From: Octopus vulgaris
Lineage: Eukaryota
Length of the DNA: 64,000 nucleotides
Assembly (NCBI GenBank): GCA_951406725.2
Contig: OX597816.1
Coordinates: 134,974,001 to 135,038,000 of the forward strand
Reading direction: 5' to 3'
Shown: piece after piece, positions 1-12,694 of the stretch
Layout of the letters: each line of letters starts with the position of its first letter
Numbering within the stretch: position 1 is the first letter of the stretch
The notes under the pieces: generated by a model
The model's database searches: none
Told to the model about the DNA's origin: nothing
The model's input: only the letters and a program-made list of their open reading frames with translations
Translations under genes and position numbers: made by a program

Positions 1-1069
1 TTGTGCAGTGACTCAGAAGGTGGAATCAATTTCCCAGCAGAGGCTTTTTGCCAGACAAAACTGTGGTCCAAAAACATGGATAATGTCATGAGTGGCAGGG
101 ACACATAGCCTCATGTACTCTTCTCTCTAAATTCATGATATCCCAGTGTACACAGGATTTCGAGAGGCCAAACACAGCTACAATTTGCAGCAGGACTGCT
201 CCTAGAAAGTGTAGTGATTAGCAGTAACTCATGAAATATTGTTTCCATTTCCCTCCTCTACCCAAACCATAAAGAAATTTATTAACATGAACAAGACAGT
301 CAGTTGGACAATTATCTCCCCTTTACACTAATCTCTGTGAAATTTTTATCCTATTCATTCCAGAAACAAAAATCTCAGAAACAACCTGTAACACATACAT
401 ATTAATCTACCCTCTGTCAACAGCACCAAAATGCAAATACTACACACATCTAGTAAAGAGTATTGTACTGTGTATAAGCAATAAACAACTAAGGTTCTCA
501 AAAGAAAAGCCTCTCAATTTCTGATGATTTCTCATGGCAATCACATACCTACACAATTTTGTTGAATCTGCATCACAAAGATTAAGCTTCCTCAGAAATA
601 GAAACTATGTCTACCCTGAAAAGTTGTTGACCTTATATGAAACTAGCCACAATATGACAGCTCCACCTGCTAGAAATAACAGCAAAATCGCCCTCGTATC
701 ACAATTTACTGTCTTACAAGAAGGAATGATGCATTGATATTGTAATCCTCAATTAACTATGCCTAAAAAAAATGGGATGGTCATGGCTGGAATAGCTTTG
801 AACATAGGTCTGCTCGATGTGTAGTGCTCACATATTAGCCATAGCACTTCAGTACTACACAAACTTTCTAGACTGCATTCAAAGAAGGCCATTTGACTGA
901 TTAACAGAAACTCAGCACATTGCACGCACTAGACCACACATACTATTTCTTCTATAAGTCTCTTTTACCATTATAAGAAATGTATATTTTCATTTAAACT
1001 TGTAAGATCCATTCTACCCTCCACATTCATTTAATGTACTCAGCTATCTTGCTGTGCTTAGATCTAACC

Positions 1070-1409
1070 CAGTGATTCTCTACTGGGGTTCATATGGTCC
1101 CTGGGAATCCATGCATGCAAAATAGTAAATTGGGTACCCATAGAAGGGTTTCAAATTAAGGATCCAGGAAAAAAAAATTGCTTTAGAAGTATTTACTGCA
1201 AGAAACAGCTAGATTATTTTTTCTCTAATGTCTTACATAGTTCAAACTACACAGTTTGAACTACACAAGTTTATGTGTGATGAACAAAATAGAAATTTTG
1301 AAAGAATTATCATTAATACTAGTTTTTAAATATCGAATGACTATAGGGGGTCTACCAGAATAAAACAATCAAAAGGAGTCTACAAATAAAATATGGTTGA
1401 TAACCACTG
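1070..1409. mobile_element. hAT (Charlie-like) MITE
   Basis: TIRs cagtgattctc / gataaccactg, flanked by an exact 8-bp target site duplication atctaacc (1062-1069 and 1410-1417). Confidence 0.85.
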
Positions 1410-1482
1410 ATCTAACCCAATAATTTCCTCTAAAGATAGAATTCATAGGCATCCCAGGACAAGCCAATTTTTCTTGTAGATA

Positions 1483-1697
1483 TTGGTTTCAAATTTTGAT
1501 ACAAGACTAGCATGTTCGGGGAAGGGGGCTAGTTGATTACATCGACCCCAGTATTCAACTGGTATTTATTTTATCAACCCTAAAAGGATGTAATTTAACG
1601 TCGACCCTGGCGGAATTTGAACTCAGAATCTGAAGATGGACGAAATGCCGCCGAGCGTTTTGCACAGTGTGTTAACAATTCTGCCAGCATGTCGCCT
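1483..1697 (-). mobile_element. tRNA-derived SINE, family A
   Basis: Reverse complement matches the family A pattern repeated through the window (aggcggcgagctggcagaa...gttctgagttcaaattcc...cctttcatcctttcggggtcgataaa...taccag). Confidence 0.8.
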
Positions 1698-3700
1698 TTA
1701 ATTTTCTGTAATGGTTTCAAATCTGAAGACGAGCGAAATGTTGCTAATAAATAAATACCCTGATTTTTAGCACAGAAAGAAACGATGGTAAAAATAAACA
1801 AAATACTTCTATACAAGATGGTGATTATAATAAAACAAATGAAATTTCATAAACTAAGTTACTATTTCAACTAATAGCATGTCTACATAGAAGGATAATT
1901 AAAATACATATAGCTTCTGTTTAAATTTTTTCGTCTATTAAAATAACATTTTGCTGTCACTAAGCGTACAAAAAAACCGAAACTACACTGGTTATTTATA
2001 CCTACAATACGATTTATTTCTCTTTAGAACAATATATGTTTACCCCTTGTTACAGACGATTAAAACGTAACATTCAAGATATCTGTCAAACCGCATTTAA
2101 CTTTCACTTTTGTTTACAGAACACAGAATTTTAAACAAAGGAAATGTTCACAAACGTCAAGGAAAATTTCTGGCTAGTGACTGAGCACTAACCACACCCT
2201 ATATCATAGTACTTTTATATTACAAAACAAAAACTACAGGAACAATTACAGAACATTTAAGGAGACCGAGGCTCTACTGTTAATATCACTTCTAATCTTC
2301 AGTAATAACAGAAAATCCATGAAATAACTAAACATTTATAGAATTTTCATAGAAAGAAACAGTAATTGTATTCGAGCATGTTTACAAACGAACATTATGA
2401 ATCCGAGATCGCCGGGTAAGAGAGGTTAATTACAAAGCAGTTATATAACAGGACTATACGCACACACATATATCCAAGGAAGTAGGTAAGCGTGCGAATG
2501 AATAAAATATTTAATCTATAATTATCATAATGACAAAATATATTTTTGTTTGTTGGACTAATGATGAATGGATTATATATATATATAACCACTTTGTAAT
2601 ATATAAATAATAACAATACCATACTCTACCTAAGTCAAATACAATAAGCTTTGGTTTGTCTACATAGGACACCGCCATACCGGACACATGTTGATAACTA
2701 GAGAACGAGAGTGATCTCCCTTACGTTTATCTCCAACATGTTAACCTCAAACTCATATCGAACAAAATTATTGCAAAACTTAGTTTTTTTTTAATAAGCG
2801 AACATATTATATGTTCTCCCTTTTTACTACACAATGTGAGAAATATGAATTTTATAGTCATGAAAAAAAACAAAACAATGGAAACTATTTTAACATTTTT
2901 AACGAAATATATTTTCATAATAAGAAGTTTTCAATTATTTATTTAATCTAATATTGTTGCTATGCTCCGTTACTATGTTCTATTACTGCGCATAATTTCT
3001 TTGCGTAATACGTTTTAAAATATCTTCTGTTTGACATGTGGGCAAAATCGGTAACTGGGGCATATTGAGTAATTTCTGATTTTTTTTTTGTTTGTTTTTG
3101 TTATTTTCTTCTTACCTGTTTGAAACCATTGCATTGCAAATATTGCAACATCGTTTTCTACTGTTCCATCATCTTTGGGAATAAAAATTGGTCAGGATAA
3201 TTGTTGTTGTTGTTGCTGTTGAATTTGAGGGAGATGGAAACACGGCTGACACTTTTTCAAGAAATTTTTCCTCAACTTTGACTCGGTTGCAACTGGGATT
3301 AAAATATCTGAATAATTTAATTTTTGGTGTCTAACAATCAATATTCTTTTCTCTGTTGGATTCCAAATCAACTTTTTCTCACGCTTATGTAATTTGATAG
3401 TTTTCAGTTTTCAAAAATAAAGAAGTCTGTAGTGGGGCAAAATGTGTAATGGCTGACTTCAACCACTTTTTTTTTTTTTTTTTTTTGCAAGGTACTAAAA
3501 CATATCAGGAATAGAGACACTCCCGCAGATCATGAAGAAGCTATAGATAAGATTTTATGTTGAGGTTTTAGATTTATCTGAGTTTCGTTAATTTCATATC
3601 ATGTGCCATTTTTCCATGCTCCTCTTTCATTTGACCTGGATATTTAAATTCTTTTTTTGCACGTGTGATCTTCCCGATGTGTATGAGTCTTTTTCAAATG

Positions 3701-5999
3701 TAATTTACAGTTGTTTCAGTTTGTTATTTTTTAGGTAAATTTGCACTTATCTCGTTCCATGTAACAAACATGGTCAGAATGATTTAGAGTTTATCAGAGG
3801 AACATTGACAGGAGAATATTGACAGGAGCAAATAACAATAGAAGCATCATTAAAGGATATACCGATTCAACCAAAAGATGTATATCTAAAAGAAGTGATT
3901 GCAAAATTAACAAACTTCACCCACCATTTACGATGGAAAGCCTTATTCTACGATAAAAGTAGCCAAACAGAGATTATCAATCACAGCAGCAAGGATTTTA
4001 CCGAGGAAATTTTAAAACCTAGAAAAACACCCCCACCAAATAGCTGCCTAGACGCTTTTGCGAACAAACTATGGGATACTATTAGGAACCTAAAATTTAA
4101 ACGACATCCACTAAGGAATAATACTTAAAGGACCTTCTACTCAAACTGAAATCGCAAAAGGGAATTATTGTACACTCCGACAAAACCAGGAACTCATATA
4201 ATTTGGATATTAATTTATACCACCGGCTGTTGCATAAAGAAATTACGAAAAAATACAAAATAGTGCCTAATAATACTTTAAGAGCTATGAACCTATCCGC
4301 CAAGAAGATTATGACCAACTACAACTTAGAAGAGAAAACTGAGCCTTTCGCACCTTCCAGACCCCGCATAACAATTAAGGACCACAAAGAAAAATTCTTA
4401 ACAGACACGAAAATTAGACTAATCTGCCCTAATAAATAAGATCTATGCAAGCTAAATAAATTAATCTTAGATTAAATATGTTCTTACCATAAAAACAAGA
4501 TCACTCTCGAATTATGGTCAAATACCCACGACGCCCTTAACTGGTTCTCCAATATACAGAATAAAAATAGTTAGAAGTTCCTACAATTAGACAGACAACT
4601 ACGACTCATCAATTAATCCTACGGTTCTATATAGCGCTCTGACTTTCGCTAAAAACATACCAAATTGACAATGAATGGAATTAAGGTAATCATAGAAGCT
4701 AGGAAATCTATAATAAAATTCGATAGCAAACAGTGGGTAAGGAACCCCAATCGACACAGGTATCTGATTTAGTGGGTATTTATCTATCATCTCATTTACA
4801 CGAAGAATTCCCAGGGGTTTGAGGAGGCCTTAGCAGAGACGATGCGTTATTTATCCTTAAAAACACTTCCAATAGGAGGCTTGAACTACTAAAGAAAACA
4901 TTTATATAAGTTCTTTAAATGGTTTGGATTAACTATCACGATAGGAAAAGAGTATAATTCTACTATCTATTTTAGATGCCAACTGTAATTTAACCATGGG
5001 ATTACACGAACCATACATTAAACCTAATACCAACCTCAAATATATTAATGCGCTTAGCAACCACCCAAACTTTATAAAAGGCGGACTTGTTCAGGGTATT
5101 AGTAACAGAATTTCGTATCTCACGTCCAACGAAGATATCTTCAATAAGTATAAGGAACGCTATAATACTGCATTGGAAAACGAGACGAGTAAAACATACA
5201 ACATGCTTACATAAAGATAAATTCTTATTCTCTAAATACCGCTAATACCTACATTACGGATTATTAGCTGACCTGTCTAACATCTGATTACCTCCCCCTT
5301 GACCCCCCTCCTTTACCACAAAGCATGATTTTAGTATTAAATTACTCCGACTAACTGAATTATTTATCTTAAATGCACGATGTACACCCGGAGCTATAAT
5401 TCTCTTTAATATATTCTCATTAAAGTTAGATCACTGACTAACATACTAATTGCTAGGGCTGCCAATAACATAAGTATGATTAAACAAGCAATTTAGCCCA
5501 TTCTAGCCGAGTTGGTTGGTTTTAATAATATTAACGAGTAGATAGCCCGCACCGCACATAACATTTTATTTATTTGTTATACCTTTTTATGTAACCCAGA
5601 TTTATACCGTTTATCGCACTTAAACTTTTAAGAGCATCCTAAATTTTAGCAAGGGCATTATTTGTAATCACAGGGACTTATCTAGCGGACTCAAATAGCG
5701 TTACTTATTACAATTAATGACACCGGATATTACTACCAGTTATTACTCTTTAGACTAACACCGTCGGTCAACTAGTCATTTTCTCCACTTGCTGCTCCAT
5801 TCATCTAATTGAAGAAATGTACACACACCTACATCCTTTAAAGGACACAAATATGTAAACGTAAAGACTTAACGAACTTTTTTTCCTTTTTCTCATGTCA
5901 ATATTCCTTTGATATAAACTCTGACGATGTTTGTTACATAGAACGAGATAAGTGCAAATTTACCTAAAAATTAACAGACTGGAACAGCTGTAAACATTA
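3701..5999 (+). mobile_element. Decayed Penelope-like retroelement with inverted terminal repeat (pLTR)
   Basis: Frameshifted RT pieces (LRWKALF; PRITIKDHKEKF...IRLICP; PYIKPNTNLKYINALSNHP). 3701-3815 is the reverse complement of ~5896-5999, which contains a degenerate hammerhead core CTGACGA at 5921. Confidence 0.75.
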
Positions 6000-6529
6000 T
6001 TTTAACTACAATTAAACTATGATCATTTAATACCAATGATCAACTTCTAATTGTTAATTGTTGCTCCGTTTCTTTTCTTATATAAAACCACACTTTACCA
6101 TTTAAATTACCAAGGTCTATACATAGGTAATACACCAGTAGTGCCTACGGTTACATTTATCCCTTAGACGGTTGCATAACCTCTAACTCATAACTTTTCC
6201 ATGTTTATATATTCATTTTTGTGTTTGTGTAAACCATAAAAATCAGGAGGTATGAGCAGTGAATATATATTTATTTAACCACACGAGATCCTTGGGATTA
6301 CAGCTGTTTTGTAACCTTCTTCATGTAGTATTGATTTCATTGTGGAAGAAATTGTGCTTATATGTTGGCATTATTATGTATGCTTCACATTATACGATAA
6401 AAATGTATTTTCACAAATCAGTGGAAATAGAAAAACGATAGCTCATGAGATCACCAGAACATCACGGTTATACTAACGATCAACTCGCTGTGTATGCGTT
6501 GAGTGCGCGCACGCGTGTGTTTCTGTTTC

Positions 6530-6732
6530 CTTTGCTTTGGCATCGGGCTGTAGTGTTAAGCGAGTGTCACTGTCATGCAAGAGGTATTCTTTGTTTCCAG
6601 CCTCCCATGTAATCATGTTTGGGCATGATGAAATATTACCCTACTTGGAAGCAGGCGAGGGTTGGCAACTGGAATGGCATTCGGTATGCAAAGTCTGTCT
6701 GATCCATGCGGGCATGGAAAGGTGGATGTTTC
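6530..6732 (+). mobile_element. SINE/LINE 3' fragment with RTE-type tail
   Basis: Ends gggttggcaactggaatggcattc...atccatgcgggcatggaaaggtggatgtt, similar to the tail of the 49504-49712 element. Confidence 0.45.
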
Positions 6733-7037
6733 ATAAATATACACCCGTGTAAGCGTGCGTGCGAGTGTTACATGGATGATAATATTTTCAGCTGAGATGT
6801 TACAAACGTATCTGATCGTTCAAGTGCATCAATTCTGTGCATGCACGTATGTACGATTGCAAACATTTATCAATGATTTCTCTTATTTGTTTTAATGCGC
6901 CATTTTCTATCATTAATAAAAACTGTCGGCATTTTTGATGACGCGGGTATGCTAGTTTACAATAAAACAGAAAAGGAGAAAAAATTCTTCGAAGATATAC
7001 ATAGATATTTACATATGTCATAATAAATGCGCGCGCG

Positions 7038-7079
<42 letters not shown>

Positions 7080-7738
7080 ATAACAGGACACTGACCGGTC
7101 ATTCCCTGTAAATAAATATGGTGAAGAGAGAGAAAATAACAAGAATGCGATGTTAAGTTATCGCGTGGATATACAAACTGATGTCGCTGGCGGGGAGATC
7201 GCCTTGCTGATGATGTCATAAAGTTATGCGTGTTCATCGCATAGTATCATCAGGTTGAGGATGAATAGATTGACTGGATGTCTGTATTCTGTACACGTAT
7301 GTGCGCGTGCATGTAAGTGTGAGTACGTGCGTGCAAATAATATAATATGTATGCACACTTGTAAGCGCACTCATGCGTGTGATTGTTTACAAAGTCTTCG
7401 AAACGAAAACAATGCTCTACTTGATATTTCCTCAACAATTACTCTCTCTCTGTTTCGGTCAATGCCCCATACTTACTCTTCCTCTAATTTCCCTCTCAAT
7501 CTCTCCTCTCTATTTAACTCTCTTTCTCTCAAGTAGAGTCATGAACGTATAGTTATAGTCAATTGTTCTGATTTGAAATATACGATGAAGTAGTAAAGTA
7601 TTTCATAGTACATCTACGACTAAGTCACCGTCTCTATTCTAATAATGGAATAGAAAGTGTTAGTAAGTAAGCCATAAGAGTTCAACACTGAATTGGCTAA
7701 CTGTGAAGCCTTTATAATTCATCCATCGATGTTATATA

Positions 7739-8250
7739 CCTTAAATCCTCGAGTATAGTTCGCCCTTGAGTATAATACGCAGGGGATTTTTAGGGAGCTG
7801 CACCGCTGAAAAACCTAAACCTTGTGTATAATACGCACCCCTTCTCTAACTTGAGTCAAGGAGATCTATATAACGTCCTTGGTTTGTAAAAATGAATACG
7901 GTAACATCCTTTATTATTATTGCATATATAACATAATGCGAACGTGTAGCTTTTTTGTGCATTTTGTTTGCAGAAAATAAAGAAATAACAGTAATAACAT
8001 TTAATAAATGCTGCTTACTGCAAGTTATGGATGATCCTTTTATGACTTCATTGCTTTCAGGCTTAGCTTAACGTATTTTCGCGCCCGACATCACAAAATG
8101 CGTCTGAATAGACATTGCCGGACAGCAAATAGAGACTCGGACATTGCTTAGAAAATATTTTTCATTTTTAACCTCGTATATAGTACGCACTAGGGATTTT
8201 GATCTTTAAATTTTGGGAAAATAATGCGGATTATACTCGAGGATTTACGG
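7739..8250. mobile_element. Tc1/mariner-superfamily (pogo/Tigger-like) MITE
   Basis: TIRs ccttaaatcctcgagtata / tatactcgaggatttacgg, TA on both sides, internal subterminal repeats (gtataatacgca). Confidence 0.8.
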
Positions 8251-8490
8251 TACTATGAAGTACCTTATGGTAGTCCAATCACACTACGGTTAAGTTACTG
8301 CTACTTTTACTGTTTTTCCCTAAATAATGTTGTTAATTAATAGCTGTTCAGGTGTAATAATGACACAATGATCCTGCAACAATAGATTGGGGCACCCAGG
8401 GTATAATTTGTACACGATGATCAAAACATGTGAATCTATATGTTTCTGCGGCTACCCACTTTTTCATCCCTAGGAAGCGACATAAATGCT

Positions 8491-8543
<53 letters not shown>

Positions 8544-8545
<2 letters not shown>

Positions 8546-9099
8546 CCCTGATGCAGTACCAGACAGTGGCTCTCATGGCTTCTGATCTTAACTGATTGGA
8601 AGTGTTATCATGTACATTGTTTTGTCTTGGTATAAAAGATGGGCTACAGCAAATATTCTGCTTAATACCACAGATTTGCTTGTCAGTTGTTTGACCTTAA
8701 CCAGTTGAGCATGTCCCTTAGTGGCTGACGATATGTGCATCTCTGATTACGAGCAGAAGTAGTGGGGGAGCATCATAGCCATGTGTTGAGAGGGATTCTT
8801 TGGGGTTTGAATAATTCACCTCTGGAAACATGAGTGGTTCTTTCAACATCCTTAAACAGCCCTTATTCAGGGACCTTTCGAGCAGGATGGGCTACTCAAC
8901 CTGAAGAAAATTCTAACTGGGCCCCACCTGCAAGGTCATGCGCTGTTTACCTTGATATGATATCACCAAGTTCGCGCACATATGGTTGTGATGCATGTGC
9001 CTGGTGTACCCTTATCAGACGGTTAGTCATGATGGGTATATTGGGCTTCGTATATTTTACCCCAGTGTCACTTTGATGGCATGAACTGCTCTCTCACTC
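8544..9099. mobile_element. ~555-bp non-coding interspersed element inserted in an (AAT)n tract
   Basis: GC-richer block flanked on both sides by (AAT)n. No TIR and no credible ORF. Confidence 0.55.
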
Positions 9100-9106
9100 A
9101 ATAATG

Positions 9107-9202
<96 letters not shown>

Positions 9203-9315
9203 TATTATTATTATTATCAGTAGTTTTATTTTTATAGCTGCGCACACAGAGCTGCACTCGGTAGTGAAGTGAAAGCACGCTATAAAAATAAAACTACTGA
9301 ATAATAATAATAATA

Positions 9316-9370
<55 letters not shown>
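9100..9370. repeat. (AAT)n/(ATT)n microsatellites surrounding an 84-bp fold-back unit
   Basis: (AAT)n 9100-9160, (ATT)n 9161-9217, perfect 22-bp inverted repeat 9217-9238/9279-9300, (AAT)n 9301-9370. Confidence 0.9.
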
Positions 9371-9372
<2 letters not shown>

Positions 9373-9987
9373 CAGTCTGCGGAGAGGGGCGAAAGACAAG
9401 GGTTTCTCAGCAGATTTCGAACTCATTGTAAAGTGGACTAAATATATACTGCGAAATACTTTGTGCAGTCTACTCATGTTTCTGCTATTCCAACGCAATT
9501 TCTCTTTCTATAATATTAAAAAATAAAATTCTTAGAAAGTTAACTCTTGCATTTATATAGAAGAGACGAAATTACGACGGAAGTAAAGCAGTCTTAATTA
9601 CTAGATACATATCTGGCGTGGTTGTAATATGTTTCATTGAGATTACGTAACAAAAATAGCAGCGAAACTAAATAACATCACAAGCAAAATCATATGTAAA
9701 CAAAATAGTAAAAAGAGCTACAACATAAACTGCTGAAAAACCGAACTACCACTTTCTGTTTAAACTTAAATACTGCCCCTCTGGAACGAAGAGTGTCCCT
9801 CTAGACTAGCGCTACTTCAGTTTTTTGTCTGTATAGGAAATCTTAGATTACGAATAAATTTTCGAGGCCTAAAAGAGATCTACAAAATCAAATGAAAGTA
9901 AAATAATGTTTGGTTAGTACTCGATTAAACTCGACAATAAAATGCTATTGGTAGAATTGTTTTTCTTTGAATCTGAAAATTTACTTG

Positions 9988-10438
9988 GGATCTTTTCGGT
10001 TTGAACGGCAATTTTTTCTAGCGGTGTCATATGAAATTGTCACCCATAATTATGACCCTAGTATCGATCTATTGCATTTCAATCTGTTTTAGGGTTAGAG
10101 TTAGTTTGGGTTAGTTAGGGTTAGGGTTAGGGTTAGGGGTGGGGGGAAGGCTATCTTTTTTTCTTCTTCAGAAATGTAAATAAACCCAATCTGTTTCTTA
10201 AACGAGGGACATATTCATACGGCACAGAATGTTTTCACCTCAATAGACGTCATTGAGTGGTTGAAATTGCAGAAATTGAAGAAAAAAAACAACAAATATC
10301 TTACAAACTATAGAATTTTATCAATAAAGCCAAGAGAAAAAGATGTTTTATAAACACATTCTACCAGTATACGAAATTTTAAAGTGTTTAGTTACGTGGA
10401 AATGATTTTAAAAACTGCCGTTCATACCGAAAAGATCC
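9988..10438. mobile_element. Merlin-like (GG-terminal, 8-bp TSD) MITE with internal TTAGGG repeats
   Basis: TIRs ggatcttttcggtttgaacggca / tgccgttcataccgaaaagatcc, exact TSD tttacttg (9980-9987, 10439-10446), ttaggg array ~10088-10138. Superfamily is inferred from termini and TSD length. Confidence 0.8.
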
Positions 10439-11137
10439 TTTACTTGGAAATTGTTAATGTGTAGAAGAAATGACTGATTCTTTTACACGGCAGGCGTCCG
10501 TGAGAATTGAGAACGATGTCATTAACATCGACGAACTGACTGGAAGGAATTATATTGTGCGGTATATTTGTATTAAAATTTTGGACATAGAAAGTACAAT
10601 TAAGTTTCTTGCATCGTTGTGATTAATTTATATCTCATCAGTATGCTGTAATGAATCAATGCGTTTAGTGTAAAGATAATATGAATTGGTGACCAGCTAT
10701 TAAATGCCAAATTCTAACATTTCGCTTTATAATATAAAAATGTAACAAATCAAAATCATTTTACAAGAAACTGGAGTTTGCAATTACCATTTTGTTACAT
10801 CAATATTATATCACATTCCTTTCATCCTAAAACAAACAATTCTGGCAAATTTCGATCTCTTCTGACATAAGTTTCACCTTCTGGATCTGAGAATGAAAGA
10901 TCAAGGAAATGCTTCTATCGCGTAAATTAAGCCTTAAAATAATATTGTGTTCATGTAATTTAGCTACTTTTCTTGCATTAGTGGTTTGGAAAATTCAACT
11001 AAGTCATTCGAAATTAGTGACTTGGATGAATCTGCTTCTAAATCACAGTCTTAATATTTGCTTCTACATCCATCCTTTTCCTTTTCTTTCTTTCTTTTTG
11101 TTGTGTCTGGGGAGAGTCATTCTCTTTTAGTGCCTTA

Positions 11138-12366
11138 CTAGCAGTATAGCCCGGCGCTGCCCTGGATTAAGTAAGGATTATTAAGCTAATCAAGCGCTTT
11201 GTTTCAAACCAAACTAAGTAACACCGACGTCAAATTTGAGCGAAATCTGTTGAAATTGGTAAACGTTTGGCCGAAAATAGATTGCAGACAATTTGATTGG
11301 GAAATCCATAAAGAATCGTTTTATCAATTTTTTCACTCATCGATTGTTTTTTTTTTTTTGGGGGGGGGGAGTTAAAGCATTCAAAGATCCCATTAGTCCT
11401 AAGTAATGTCGGCATCAAGTCTGAACAAAACTGGTAAAAGTTATGGTTGAACACAGGGTGTAGCCAATTTTAGTGGGACATTCTATAAGGAATTGGTTTA
11501 TTGATTTTTCATCCTGATTGAATGGAAAACCCCATAAGAAATCATTATATTGGTTTTTCATCCCAAATAGGACTTAACCGAACACAGCATTGCTGATTCA
11601 AAAGATCTATATTTATACTTTAAAGTTGGTTTTCATACCCAACCCAGTTCTGCAGAATCAATGTCATGATGGGAACGCATGGGTTGGGAGTTTGACCGGC
11701 AGAGGTGATCAGGTTGCACATGCCGGCCCTTTCGAACCCTACCCCCATCCTCTAACTCCTCCCCCTTGGACAATGGGATGGGAGCCTATCCGGCAAGGAA
11801 AATAGAATGCCAAAAGGGCTCCCGATCCTCTGTGTCAGAAGAGGTTTTGTTCGGATCACAACTAAGCCTTAACCTAAGCCTAAGTAACCTAGCGAAAGGG
11901 GACCCGGGAGCCTCTAAAAGGCAGCGACTAATCCCAATTTAGTCCTAACCCCTCCTAGAGGTACTATCAGTCAAGGCTGCATCAAAAATATGCATTAGAG
12001 AAGGTTGCATCGAAGATCTGCATTAGAGAAGGTTGCATAGAAGGTTTGCATTGGAGATCTGCAGTGAAGAAAGTTGACTCAAAGATTTGGATTGGAAACC
12101 TTCGAATCAACCTTCTCCAAACTCTATCAGCAACTTGGCCAAGCACTAATATCGGTCGAATGAGCATTGTTGTTGGAGAAGTCAGCATTGTCCAATAAAG
12201 AAGAGGAAGAGTCCATGAGTCATGCTGCCATGGTTTGAGAATATGTCTGGCCAATGCTTCCGTGTATATTTGCATCTGTGCACATAGTTAAATATGTGTA
12301 TGTATCTGTGCGCAACTTTTCTTTCTGATTTTTTTTCTGATTCTTAGCTTATAACTAATATAAAGA
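11138..12366 (-). mobile_element. Non-autonomous Helitron carrying internal cargo
   Basis: On the minus strand starts TC (12366), ends with GC hairpin ccagggcagcgccggg then CTAG (11141-11138), inserted between A and T with no TSD. Confidence 0.75.
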
Positions 12367-12694
12367 TAGCATGATTCATCGCCCCAGTATTCTATAAGTA
12401 AATACCCAGTGCAATCTTTATAGAAACCACCTTATAAGTAAATAATTAAGTACAGCTATGAATATTTAACTAATTCTATGTAATCTTCCCTTTCTAATGT
12501 TGAAAATTGGTATATATACACAGTTTATTCTGGTTATAATATCATTTTTAGTAATCTTAAATTTTATCTTCATGCAACATAACAATATTGTTTATATACA
12601 ATCATCAATTGTACCCCATGATAACTTCCTCTGTATTAACATCATAGGTTTTGTTAGCGACTTGCCCCTTTAACTGGTAATTAATATATTGATT

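Noticed and set aside
8846-8910. Hammerhead-like words in the (AAT)n element (minus GAAA-g-GTC-hairpin-CTGTTTA; plus CTGAAGA)
   Set aside because: Two core mismatches on the minus strand and no downstream GAAA/stem II on the plus strand.
10088-10138. Telomere or chromosome-fusion remnant
   Set aside because: Short degenerate array lying inside a TIR element with a perfect TSD.
10586-10646. Minus-strand CTGATGA...GAAAC-ttaatt-GTA
   Set aside because: Stem II does not abut GAAA and stem I needs a 5-nt bulge. Compatible with chance in AT-rich DNA.
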